Program-made: the position numbers and the translations under genes
Notes under the pieces: model-generated
The model's database searches: none
What the model was told of the DNA's origin: nothing
The model's input: only the letters and a program-made list of their open reading frames with translations
Shown here: positions 38,401 to 50,872 of the stretch, in pieces
How the letters are laid out: each line of letters opens with the position of its first letter
Numbering within the stretch: position 1 is the stretch's first letter
DNA from: Saprolegnia diclina VS20
Taxonomy: Eukaryota
Assembly: GCF_000281045.1 (NCBI RefSeq)
Contig: NW_008246079.1
Location: forward strand, 511,813 to 575,812
DNA length: 64,000 nt
Direction: 5' to 3'

Positions 38401-41400
38401 ACGTGTGACGTCGCTAAAGAGGCGGTGGACGTTTTGGACTGAGTCGCTGATCGCATCGAGGCGGACGACCGAGCTCGACGTGCGGAGCGACTTGGCTTTG
38501 TCCAAGCGAATGTTGACGTCATTCGAGCCCGAGACCATATATGGCAATCGTCCGGCAGCCTCGTCCACCTAGTCCAAAGTAGATGACGCTTGAGTCGCTG
38601 CTAGTAAATCGCTACCACGGCGTCTTTGGCGAGGGCTTGTAGTGAGGCGTGGATCACGTCTGTCTCGAGGCTGTCGGACGCCGATAAATTGCTCTTCGAG
38701 TTGCTTCCAAACGAAATGAACGATTTCTTCGAGTGGAGCCGCGCGGCGTCGACGTCATACAAGAGCGAGAGCGACGTCTGGTCGTACAGTATGTAGCTTG
38801 GAAACACCACGGCTTGGCGTTGCTTGTGATGCGACTCGAGAAGGGCCCACTGGACATAGTGCTGGCGCCCGCTCCCATCGTCGACCGCCCACATGGTCTT
38901 GTCCTTCTCAGGTACGTGCAGTGGCTTGAGCGGGCTCCAGCGCGGGCTCACGAGCGCCATGGACGCATACGTCTTGTAGAGCAAGGACGCGGCGTACACA
39001 TGCACCACCTCGCTCGGTGCGATCGTCTTGGACACGACCAAGTGGATCTGGACGGGTTCGATCTCTTCGTCGAGCTGCGGCGGCCGCACCGGCGCGTCAG
39101 GTGGCGGCACCTTCTTGGTTGTAAACATGAGCATTTGGATGGGCATTGGGCACCGGTTTTCGATCGTGATGGGCGCCAAGACACGAACCGACACGAATTG
39201 CGAGAGCGCGTGCCGGTTGCGCGGCGCCTCGAGCGCCGACACGACGCGCAGATGAAAGTCCCCGTGCGTGCAAACGTCCGAGGTCGCGCTCGCGGGCGTA
39301 GTCGTGGCGCTAAAGGTAGCGAGGCAGTTGCAGCCCTTCTTGCTTACGGACGATAACGGGCAGGTCGCAATGGTTTCAACAGCCTCGGCGTCGACGAGGA
39401 CGGGCGCGCTCCAGTTGTACCCGGGCAACAGCGGCATAAAGACCAGCTGCGTATCACCGAGACCCTTGCAGAGCGCTAGCGGCAGTGCCTGGAACGTAGT
39501 GGGGGCGATCTCACACGCCTCGACGATGCGACTGCTACCGTCGTCGTCGTCCGTCACAACGACGCCGACACGGACAATGACGTCACCGTCATTGTAGACG
39601 CGCGCGATCGACGACATGGTGAGCGTCCGGAGGCCGTTGACGGACGCCACGTCCAAGAGCACGGGCAGGGACTTCTTGGCGCCTTTTTCTTTTGGCATGA
39701 GGTGGTACACAAAAGCGCCGGCCGCGTGGAGCCGGACGTCGTTGAGCGGCTGCCACTCGTCGCCAAAGCAGAGCGAAATGGTCTGGTCGGACGGGAAGAA
39801 GGTTTCTGTCGCGAGCTGCAGCGGCACGGTCTTGTGCGGTGGCACATCGAGGGGGCGTCGGCAGTCGGCGTTGGCGGCCCAGTACGAGATGCGCTCGTCG
39901 CTGTCGTTGCAGACATAGACGCCGCACGCGACGTCGTTGTGGACCTCGATGGGTGGGGACGCGCCGAGGAGGTGTCGGAGCACGCAGCAGAGGTTCGTCA
40001 ACGTCGAGAGCGACACATTGAGATGACACTTTTGCGCTTTGCTGCCGTGAAACGACGCGCGCTGGATCGTCGTGTCGTCCTCCACCGTTGTCGCCAACGA
40101 AGCGCGGAAGGACCAGGGTTCGAGGCACGGCTCCCACGCGCCAAGTGACGCGTTGAAGCACCAGAGACTCATGCCTTCCTTCTCCGAGAGCTGGCGCTCG
40201 GGCTCGTCCGAGAACTGGACGCTGAGATCGCTCGCCATCGACGCATTGATCGAGCTCTTGTACGACTCTTTGAGCAGCAAGTTGTACAGATAGAGCTTGA
40301 GCATCGGCGCAAACGTGTCGCCTTGCGGTGAAATCAGCGTCAAACTCGCGCAGTTGAAGACGAGCGTGATGAACCAGTCGGACGCCGACGGCGCATCGCT
40401 CGACGCGCGTGCGAGCTGCCGTGCATAGCTGCGTGCGGTGAAATAGAGCAAAGCCATGTCGTCGCCGCTCAAAACACCGTGGACGTCGAGGAGGTAGGCC
40501 GAGATCTGCTGCACAGTCTCCGAGAGCGCCATGTCGATTTCAAAGCCAAAGCCGGCGCAGAGCGCGCGCCCGACGCCGTGGACGAGCAGGTGCAGCGTAT
40601 CGCCGAGGCGCGGCATCGCCGATGCAAGTGGCCATGCTTCGCTCAGTAGGAGCAGTGTCTCGGCGCCTTTGAGGTTGACGACCGGCCGCTTACTGGACTG
40701 CGCGATGTGGCCCTCGAGCGTCCCGAGCACGCTGAGAATCCGCCCAGGACTCGCGCTCAGCTGCACGTTGTACTCAAGAAGCTTGAGTGTCACGTCGAGC
40801 GAGCCCGTCGTCGGAGTAGAGCGCGGCGGCGGGCGTGGCATCTGCTGCAAGCATGCAGCAACCGACAAGAGCGTGGCCACGTGGGGCACGACATGGAGGG
40901 TGTCAAGACGCAACACCACCGTCTTGTTGCCGTCGTTGGGCGAGAGTTCGACGCTGGCACTCAGCGCGCTCTGCTCAGCGCGCGCAAAGAGGTGGAGGTC
41001 GAGGGCCTTGGCGGTGTCAGTGACCGAGATATCGCCCACAGCGGCTTGCAGCGTGATCGCGTCGTTGGTGAATTCATCGAGTTCGAGACGTGTCGTCGTC
41101 ATCTTGAGGGTCACGAGGGGCTTGTGTTGCTGTAAAAGCGTCAGCGTCAGCGTCGGGACTACAATACTGGTTCGCAAAATGACACTGTCATCGGTCGCCT
41201 CGGTCTCTTGCAATGGCGACACCATGACCTCCATGGGCAGCGCTGGCGCCAGCAAGTTGTCCTGAACCAAAGCGAGGGCGTACGCGACTTGGTCGTGGCC
41301 GACGTCGAGCGTCACTTCTGGCGCCAGCACGTCGAGGCGCGTGTCGCTCTTGGCCGCGACAAACACAATGTTGGCGCCTTTTGCGCTCAAATACGGTGGC

Positions 41401-44400
41401 AGCCCCAGATCGAACACAATCGTGTACTGCTCGTAGTCGGTCGTGAGGTACTGGGAAGACGTGACTTGTATCGATGCAACGCGGACGACCCAGTCGGCGA
41501 CCGCACGAACGCCGGGTGGCAGCTGCATCTCGATGCTCTCGATACTGGCGTCGACCTTGCAGCGCAAGAGGGCTGGTGCGATAGCCGTTTTGCCCAAGCC
41601 TTCGCGCGCCAAGTAGAGCCACGTAAAGAGCTCCGAGACGCGTCCCAGCATATACTGACCAAAGGCGACAACGTACGCGTGGTGGTAGCTCGAGTGGACG
41701 TGTCCCAGGGCCGCCTTGATGTACGCTGCCGCATTGTCCCGGTTCACGAGCGCGCCCGCGCCGCTGGCTTCGTACCGAAAGATCGCCTCTCCGGGCAGCG
41801 ACAACAGCAGCACATCGGCGTCCTTGGCGCCCGAAATGCGCACGTCGGTCGACGTAATATCGCAGAAGACGTCGCCGTTGACGTAGATAGCCGTGCGCGT
41901 GTCGAGCTTGCCACAGACAACGTCGAACGTCACGTCGTCGGCAGGGTTGAGGCGCCAGCGGACACCCGACGCGCGCAAGCTCACGTTTGCAAGCAGAGCG
42001 TCCGAGACAAGGACGGGGCTCAGTGGCCACGGTACGAGAAAGCACAGGAGAGCTTCTTTCAGTACGTGGTAGTTCCAATAGACGTCCAGCGTCGGGAGCT
42101 CGAGCGTCAAGATCGGTGGCGCGCCGGCCGCCACGACGCACGTCCACGTCGCCACGTCTGGCATCGCGAGAAGCGTTGTTGTGACGCGTTCATCAAACGT
42201 ATACGACCGGTGCGTCGTCGTCGCCACAGCCTCTTTGCCTAAGAGTTGCTCGATGTGTCCCGTGAGCGTCAGCGCGCCCGTCGCCTCGCGGGTCGCATCC
42301 ACTTTGACGTTGGCGGCCTCCAGCTGCAGGCCGGACCGGAGCACTTCATTGCCGACGACACGCAGCTGCACCGCAGACGTCTCCACATGCACCTCGAGCG
42401 GGGTTGGGAGACCACGGACTTTGGTCGATGCCACCGAGGTCGACGGTGGCGCCAAGTACATGCCCAAATGCACAAGCGACCGGACCTGACCTTCGAGGAC
42501 GTTGGCGAGCAGCGGGCCAAGCACCACGTTGTAGCTCCAGATAGCCGACGCCTTGCATGTGCCCTGCACCGCGCACGGAAACCGCTTGAAAAGCCGGCAG
42601 TTGTGGGCCAGCGTCGCATCGTCAGCGAGCAAATGCAACTGGCCCACAGGCACCAAGAGCAAATCGACGGCCTCGAGCGACGACGTGAACGCTTGGTGCA
42701 CGTCGTCCGTGCGAAAGCTGCCGCCCGTCATGTGCAACAGCAAGAAGGCATCGTCGGCGCCGGCGACCGCGACTTGAACTTGCGAGACGTGTACGACAAC
42801 GTGTAGAGGTACGAGCGTCGTATCGTCGTCGTCGTCGTTGAAGGCTGCCGTCGTTTTGGACGAAGCGGCTTTCTTGTCAAGGTCGGGTGTGATGTATTTT
42901 GTGATCTTGTCCATGGCCTTCTTGTGGTACAGAAGGCGCGCCGGGTCGATCGCAACAGTGATGCTCGACAGCGTTGGTTGGGCGTCGTACTTGAGCTGAA
43001 TCAAAGGCGCTTTGGACCGCAAGTGCGGGAGTGGCCCGAAAATGACGGCAAAGGGCGAGTCGGCGGACACCGTCGCATCGAGGAGCTCCACGTGCCCGAC
43101 AGAAAACTCAACATTGCACTCTTGGCGTCCGTGGCCGACATGCAGATGGTGCTGCAGCGAGAACGCGATCGCACTCATATCAAAGCGGACAAACTCTTTT
43201 CGAATGACTTGCTTGGCGTCGGTCAGGCTCTCTTTGGCGACCGCGACTTGGACGCGGTCCATGTTGAAGTCGAGGCCTAAGAGAATGCCGGGGGACTTGG
43301 TCGTTTTGGGCGATGTCACGGATGCTGTTGATGGCGCGGGCGCCACGGGCAGCGCGTCGTCTTCAAAGAACCACGAGCCCACGTGCTCGTACACGAGCTG
43401 GCGCTCAATGGGCTCGAGCGTCACTTGCAGCGCCGAGGTCGGTGTCACTGGGCCTGATGACGTTGGCGACGGCGGCACGGGCGGTGGCTCGGCCTTGCGC
43501 GGCGAGAAGAGCGAGAATTTGCTACTTGTCGTCGGCGGCGTCGTGGCTGCGTGGGTCGGCGACGGCGCCGGTGACTTTTTCAAGAGGCTCCACTTGGCCG
43601 TCTTGGTCGATTCCTTGATGTGTTTACGGCGCGTCGTCTCCATGGCGACCTCTTCTTTGGCGCAGAGACGGAAGAAGACGAGCGTCTCGGCCGTCAAGCG
43701 CGGATCGTCCTCCATCGCCTGGAGCTGCACCCCTTCGGCGGGCTCGAGCGGTGGCTTCCATGGCGCGAGGTTGAGCGACCGCGTGTACAACGGAATGTAC
43801 GCGGTGCGCATCTTGACGAGAAAGACGTATTGGCGCCACGACGGCGGCAGCGCGGTGGCTGGTAGCAGCAGCCGACGCGTCGCGTTGATAGCGTACTGCC
43901 ACCACACGCGGGGGTTGCCGCGCACGCTGACGCTCGGGCGCTGCTTGCGACACTCGCTGCGCTTGAGGTACGTTTCGTGGGCGCTGAAGAAATGCAGGAC
44001 GTTGGTGATGTCCTTGCACTGGGACGGCGCGACAGCGACCACGAGGTCGGAGGCCGCGACGCGCACGCGGTAGCGCGGGATAAAGTTGTAGGACGACGCG
44101 TCGTTGTTCTCGGTGATCTTCGCGGTCGTGCTGAACGGCTCGACGAGGTACGTCATTTGCGTGCCGCCCGTGGCTTTGGCGAGGTCCCAGTAGACGTAGC
44201 AGCTCTTGAGCTCGACGAGCTTGTGCACGAACGGCGTGTGCGAGCTCGACCGATCGAGGAACGCGACGTGGCCGTTTGCATTGGTCGTTGCGACCTTGAG
44301 CTCGTCGATCGAGATGCCAAAGCTCAGCGGATGCGACGAGACCTCCATCGACGTGTCTTCGTACCGTACGTGGATGCGCTTGAGCTCAAACGAGAGGTTT

Positions 44401-44873
44401 TCGAGCACCGTGTTCATGATCTTGTCCTTGTACTTCCAGCTCGAGCTCTGCTTGGTCTTGGTCTCTGTCTTATCACGCGGACTCGTGGGCGTTGCCGAGT
44501 CCGACTTGCTCGCGCAGAGGAGCTCGCGCATGCGCAGCTCGTGCTGCTTGGCCCAGCGGAGGCGCTCGCTCTGCGTCGCCGCGTTGGCGCCTTCGTGGCA
44601 CGGCCCGAGCACGAGGTAGAGGTCCTCCAAGACGACATGCACCGACTCCTTGGAGAGGCGCTTCCATGGCACCTTGATGAAGAGGTTGCCGAGCCGCCCT
44701 TCCTTGAGCACGAAGGGCAGGCGCAGCGCGTCGAGGGCCTCGCGCTTGAACTTGAGGTTGGAGAAGCAGATCTTGCCGCCGAAGAGCGCCACGCGCATGC
44801 CCTCCTTGTCGAAGCCATCGAGCCACTCGGAGAAGTAGTCGACGACGAGCCCCTCGATGTAGCGCTCGAACAT
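35463..44873 (-). CDS. VPS13: VPS13-family bridge-like lipid transfer protein, about 2900 aa
   Basis: Chorein-N start (MFERYIEGLVVDYFSEWL...LFIKVPWKRL), WEPCLEPW, VAB-like TKIITFVPRYMVLNKT, LGSAEILGNPLGLVSNL, GVKDFFYEP, GVGKGIIGAAVKPTAGILD, RVRLPR. First exon about 6.26 kb. Confidence 0.93.
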
Positions 44874-46798
44874 GCTCTTCCCGACTAACCGCTATGAAAC
44901 GGATCCACATTGTAGCCAATCACGATGCGCCGAGAGCGACGATTGGTCAAAATGTGACAAACGACGACGTGGATCTTCGGGGACAACCTGTGCATTGCAC
45001 GAGTTACGGATGACGGGATGCCACACCATACAGTCTATGACTAGTAGAGTTATGTTTACGAGTGATTCGTGCAAGCTTAGTTTGTTGGCTCCATTCTCGG
45101 TCATCAAGCCGCACGGCCAGCGTCGTTCCCAAGGGTGCTCGACGAAGAAGCCTCGGGGCGATGTACTGGTGCGTTGTAGGCCAAGAAGGCGACGCAAAGC
45201 TAATGAATTAGTCTTCGCTTCGCGCATCGAGAACCAAAGCTCTCAATAGTTTGGCTTCAGGTCGGCTGAGGAAAGGGGGTCTTTGGAATGGATGGCATCA
45301 GTCGTTTAGGATGCTTCCTTGGGTGGTGCGAAGGGTTGGCGCACTTCGATATCAGAGGGATCAAAGTACAACAACAATACCCTTGGCTTGGAGTACCTCC
45401 GACGATGATGGCTCCAGTAGCAAAGCCCATTATGGAAGCGTGGTGGAAGGTCATACGACGACACAGGCACTGCCGTCACCAGTATCACGATGGCTAGGAT
45501 TGCGTCCAAAACACCAAGTAATCTGAAGAAAGCCCGAGAAGCAAAGTGTCGAGGGAGGATTTGCGGTCGCTTGATTGGGACCTATCATCCACGCTGGCGT
45601 GCGATGGAGCAAGCAGAACGAGGAGCACACGCCAATATATAACTCCATCCAACGCCGATACAGTCGACGCAACGCAGCCATTCGATTCGATTATGCTAGT
45701 GTTCCAGCGTCGATGACCGCGAAAGCAAGCGCTGAATCATAATGCACAGATGAATTTGCGACATGCAACGTGAGGATCCTCTGCATGATTGCACTGGGAA
45801 GAGCGATTTCAATCGAAAATATTTGATGCGAGAAGATGGGTGCGCCCACGCGGCCTTGTCGCCGGCGTTCAGTTGCGGCGAACGCGCTTCGAGTAGCTTC
45901 AGAACGTCGTCTCGTTGTACAGTGTACTCGCGAAAGAGAGAACGAGAGCTCTTGACCACGCATTTTTGGCCAAGTGCTGGGACAAAGCGGGACGAAGATC
46001 GCGCGTTATAACTGTACCAAGCGTGTTATGGATGCGCTCGATACACTTCAACAATCGCCACGATGGATCGACAGGGTGTGGACCACGGCCGAACGAGCGC
46101 GAACGCATGCCCGACGTCGTCTTCAACTCGACGCCACACTTCCCACTAACACGATGAACCTCTATCTAAAATGCATCTACTTCTCTCGCATCGTGGCAAA
46201 TGAGATGGCAAAGGTCAAATCTACACGTCGCCCGATTCTGGCGTGCGACGTGGTTGCGTCTCTGGTCGTCTCGAGCTTCCTCCTTGAAGGCACGTACACG
46301 GTACAGTCGCGCTTGTTGAACGAACGCGGTGGGCGCAATTGCGGCCCCGAGTTCAAGAAGCGCGAGCGATGAACCATCCAAAAGGAGCTGCAAAGGCCGC
46401 GTGCCATACATTGGCGAGGTTGAGTTGATCACAAGCGGCGCTGCTCCGCCCAGATGGTCCCGGAGCAAATTCACGCCGTTGTATCCTTGCGTCGGCTTAT
46501 TTTCTCATCGGAATCTTATCCGCGCAGCCTTTCTTTGGCGACGCATTTTATTCGTCTTTTTTTATTGTCACTTGCGCTTTGTAGCAAAAGACAATAAAAC
46601 GAATTTGATTTCGAGATTTTGTTTTGGTTCAAGAAAAGCCGAGCCGAAATTAAAAGCTTGAAGGTGTCAAGCGTTGGCGACGCATACTGAAATCAAGTCA
46701 TTTTCTAGCCAGGGCCAATATCTTGAAGTTGCGCCCAGCTGGCTCCGCAAAGATTGAATCGGTCGCTGGGCTTGGTCGGCCCACAACAGGTTTTTGAG

Positions 46799-48178
46799 AT
46801 GACGTTCCCCATCACGTTCCGTGGCTGGCGCCAGCCTGCCGTCGCGCGACCGCCCTTTGAGCCTCGCCGCGCCTGGCGCCGCGCCTTCCTCGTGCTCCAG
46901 ATCCTCCGCGCGCTCCGCATCCTCGGCGAGCGCGCCGCCGCCCGACGGGCGTACCTCGAGAAGCAGCAGATGTACATGTACGGGTCGGGCACACCGCGCT
47001 GTGCGACGCCGGGTTGTAGCTCCAACTGGTACTATGTGCAGAAGAACGGCCACTGCACGGCCTGCAACGCGAACCGGACGCGCCAAGCGCCCGACTTTAG
47101 TATGATGGACACGCTCCGCCGCGCGGTCGATAAGGTCAAGACGGCGATCCGCGGCAACAAGGAAGACGAAGACATGGCCGGTGGCCTCGCCGACGAAGAG
47201 TATGCGATGATGCAGCAAGTCGAGTGGCAGCAGGAAGCCTCCAAGCCGCACGCGCCCGTCTTCTCTCAGCCCAACGCGAACGGCACATCGTCGCTGAGCC
47301 TAAGCAACCTCCGTTTGCACTACAACCTCTCGCGCATGCCGCCGCAGACCAACACATCCTCAAGCCTTCTCGACAGCAAGGTCGTCGACCAGCTCGTGCG
47401 CCACGCGTCGTCGTGCGCGGCCGCCGACGAAGGGCATTTGTGCCCGACGGGCGGCTGCGCCGAAATGCGCCGCGTACTCCATCACACAACCGTGCACCCG
47501 TACGCGGAGCCCAACTGCACCGACTGCATCAAGACGTACCGGATCCTCATTAGCCACTCGGAGCGCTGTGGCTTCGAGTCGTGCCTTGTCCCGCGATGTG
47601 AAGCGGTCAAGCTGCACCTCCAACGCAAGGCGCAGACACAGATGGTGCTGCCAGCGCCTCCCGCCGACGGCCCGCAGCTCTGCTGGGTGCGGACGCCGCA
47701 GATGTCGTGGTGGCCTGCGATCCAGTACCCGCTCAACTACCCGTTGCCGCAGCTGCCGCAGTATGTGCTCGACCAGTACCAGGAGGGTTGCCAAATTGTG
47801 TGCTTTCTCGGCGACCGCCAGTTTGCCTGCATCCACCAGCAGTACATCATGCCATGGAGTCAGCCGGCGCAGCCGACCGTCGTGCCCAACGCCGAGGTGT
47901 GCACGCACCCAGTGTGCGAAGACCTCCGGAGCTGCCTCGGGTACGTTGCGCCGTGCATCTTCCTTACGCACGCCAAGCAACACCAACACCAGCCAACAAC
48001 GGTGTCGCTGCCGCCACTGCCGCCGCAAGCTCCGCGGACGGGCCTGCCCTCGCTCCAGTCGATCTTCTCGCGCGAGTCCAAGCCGCTGGCGCAGCCGCCG
48101 GCGTACGACGGCATCATGTACTCACCGGAAGTGCACATGAAGAAGCGCAAGCTCATCCAGACGTTCAACCGGGCCTAG
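46799..48178 (+). CDS. TAZ zinc-finger and PWWP-like domain protein, intronless
   Basis: LVRHASSC...CPTGGCAEMRRVLHH...CTDC...ISHSERC...CLVPRC (TAZ); CWVRTPQMSWWPA...IVCFLGDRQFACI (PWWP); KKRK near C-terminus. Confidence 0.75.
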   Translation: MTFPITFRGWRQPAVARPPFEPRRAWRRAFLVLQILRALRILGERAAARRAYLEKQQMYMYGSGTPRCATPGCSSNWYYVQKNGHCTACNANRTRQAPDFSMMDTLRRAVDKVKTAIRGNKEDEDMAGGLADEEYAMMQQVEWQQEASKPHAPVFSQPNANGTSSLSLSNLRLHYNLSRMPPQTNTSSSLLDSKVVDQLVRHASSCAAADEGHLCPTGGCAEMRRVLHHTTVHPYAEPNCTDCIKTYRILISHSERCGFESCLVPRCEAVKLHLQRKAQTQMVLPAPPADGPQLCWVRTPQMSWWPAIQYPLNYPLPQLPQYVLDQYQEGCQIVCFLGDRQFACIHQQYIMPWSQPAQPTVVPNAEVCTHPVCEDLRSCLGYVAPCIFLTHAKQHQHQPTTVSLPPLPPQAPRTGLPSLQSIFSRESKPLAQPPAYDGIMYSPEVHMKKRKLIQTFNRA

Positions 48179-48814
48179 ATGCGCCATGGTATACACTACA
48201 TGTAAGGTAGGAGACAAGAAGGGCCGGCAGTAGGTAGCCATAGCAGCGACCGGCCATGTGTGTTGTAGTAGCCACTATTTAGGACCATAACGCGAAGACA
48301 GCATTCGTCTTTCTTCCGATGACGACAATGGCCTCGTACGCTGCCACGTTGTGCAACAAACATTTGCGGCCGACCAGGTGGCACATGCCATTTTTAAAAA
48401 GCCAGACAGAATTCGCTTACAAAGTACAATTGCGAAGATCGCAACTCGCGGAAACCAGAGGGGATGCAAGTAGTAGCCGCGCGATGGCTTGTCGGCAACG
48501 CAATAGCGTGTCTTTATTGCGCGCCTAGACGCGTGCCAGGAGTGCGCAGACACGACAGTGAGGTCGCTATGGTCCCATAACACCAGCAGACCACTGTTGT
48601 GCGGAGAGGTGGACGGTCGCGACAGCGCTGGCTCGTCAGCTTGGCACGTCGAGGTCGCGGCCGTGGACGCAGGAGACGTGAGGCTGCCATGTTGACGCAG
48701 CAACGCCGTGGCACCGCCCGTATAACGGTGTGTACTCATGTGTGGGAATGGCTCCGGGTGGGCACTCCGGGTGCGAATCGTGGCAAAAATAGGAACAAAG
48801 AAACCGGAAGCACG

Positions 48815-50515
48815 ATGGACATTGCCGCCGAGCCGGTCTTGGCGTCGCTCCAGCGCTTCGAGGACGCCGCCGTGGCGCCGTCACCTGCGAGCGAGCCCAT
48901 GACGCTGGGCGATGACAGCAGCTACCGCGAGAGCACGCTGGGCTACGTGCTGCCCTTTCTCTCGGTGCCCGAGCTCTTTGTAGTGACGCAGCTCAACAAG
49001 GAGATCGAGCGCTTCTGCGAGGTCGAGTGGAAGGAGCGCGTACTCGGTCTCTACGGCCACGTGCGCTACAGTGCGGCGTCGTACCGGCGCATCTTTGCGC
49101 TGCGCACCTTCTTCTCGCGCAAACTTGCGTCCAACGTCTCGGCGCGGGTGTACCTCATGAACGCAGCTGGCGACACGACCTTCTTCCGGATCGACCACGG
49201 ACGCAGCCTCATGTGCTCGCGCGAGCGCGCGTCCGTGTACAACCGCTGCGAGCGTACGATTGCATGTTGCATCGTGCATGCACTCAGCCTGCCTAGGCAT
49301 GTTTGACCTCTCACTCCGCATCAACCGCTCGATCCAGGAGATCTCGGCGCTCATCGGCCTCGTCTCGCTCGACGAAGCGCGCGACTTGCTCAACGAACAC
49401 ATGAACCTCATGGCGTCGGTCGCTGCGCTGCGCGGGTCGCTTCTCTTTGAGAGCGAGCTCTTCCAGGTCTTCTTTTTCAATTTGCCTGCAGATGCACGTT
49501 GGTCATATTCGAGTGTTCTGCCGTGTAAAGGTGTTTCCGGCGCCCGTGCTACTGGACGCCAACGTGCTTTTGCGCGGCAACCACGCGCTCGACGACCCGT
49601 CGTTCCAGGGCGTGCCCCTCATGATGCAGCTCTGGGTCTCGCTCGACTCGGTCGTGTACCGACCGCTCTCAGTGCCCATCATGCTCGACTGCAACGAGCT
49701 AGCGACCGGTGCGTCATCTTGCGTTGCATTTCGCGTCATAAGCTCTACTAGGGCACAAGACGGTGCGCTTCCACGAGCTCGCCGGGATGACCATCGACAT
49801 TGATGACAACAGCATCCGGTACCGACTTCAAGCGGAACCCACCCTTTCCTATGTCGCGGTTTATATTGTAGGCACAACTTGCAGCCCAACCACTTGTGCA
49901 TGAACGTGCTCGCGAGCAACACGTACCTTCTCTACCTCTTCAACCCGACGTCGTTTCGCCCGCTCGACTGGAGCTACGAAACCGGGCTGCGCATCGGTAC
50001 TCCATTATGGCTACATTTGGACGTAGAGCTCAAAACATACTACGTAGCGGGCCACACGCATCTATTGCCGCATCAGAGAGAAGGCGTCTTCCTCAACGGA
50101 GCCTCGAGCGCCCTTCGCGTCTTCCTCTCGTACGGCAAACTCGCCGACGACCGCGCGGGTGGCAGCGCGAGTGCGCCGCTCGGGATCGCGTGCAGCGAAG
50201 GCGACGTAGCCTTTACGTTTAGCATCATTGCGTGCAACCGGCTCACGCAAGCGAAGCGGCTCGTGGTCTCGCAAGCGATGCGGCTGTCGTTGCCACCGGC
50301 ACAGTACGTGGTGATATTGATAGATTGATAGTTGAAGAGTCGCACTAGTCGGTCGGCCAAGACGGAGCGGCACGCGCACCTGGCCAACGACGCGGTCATT
50401 TGCTACAGCTTTGATGCGGCCAACGTGCTTCAGTACGTCGAGTTTGCGATCGGGTTTGAGGCGCTTCTCGACGCGCTCGATATTGCGTCGTTTGTTCTTC
50501 CCCAACCCTAGTTGA
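48815..50515 (+). CDS. Uncharacterised protein with N-terminal F-box-like motif, multi-exon
   Basis: STLGYVLPFLSVPELFVVTQLNKEIERFC...WKE; coding segments joined by short GT-AG introns; TGA at 50513-50515. Confidence 0.65.
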
Positions 50516-50872
50516 TTCTCCATTTTGTCTCTTTTCAATTCGAATGACCTTAATCACATCCAGTTGCAGAAGACAGAGCTGCTTGTGCACGTCGACACGG
50601 AAGGACAAGAGGTTGCGTCTTCCTCTCACGTCCCGTCATCGACACGCGAGCAAACATGTGGCGCATGGATGGTCGTCGTTTTGTATCAAGTGGTGCTCGT
50701 CCCAGAAGAGCATGTGCGCTGGGAACGTAGCTTTGACATATGCATGACGACGACCGCGTCATCGCTATATGCATCTTGCAGAAGCGCCATGCTGCCACTT
50801 CACTCCCAAAACTGTCGAGTCCATGGACATTCGATGGGTTTAGGGTCTTGCGAGAGCGTTGTTGGCGGCTTC

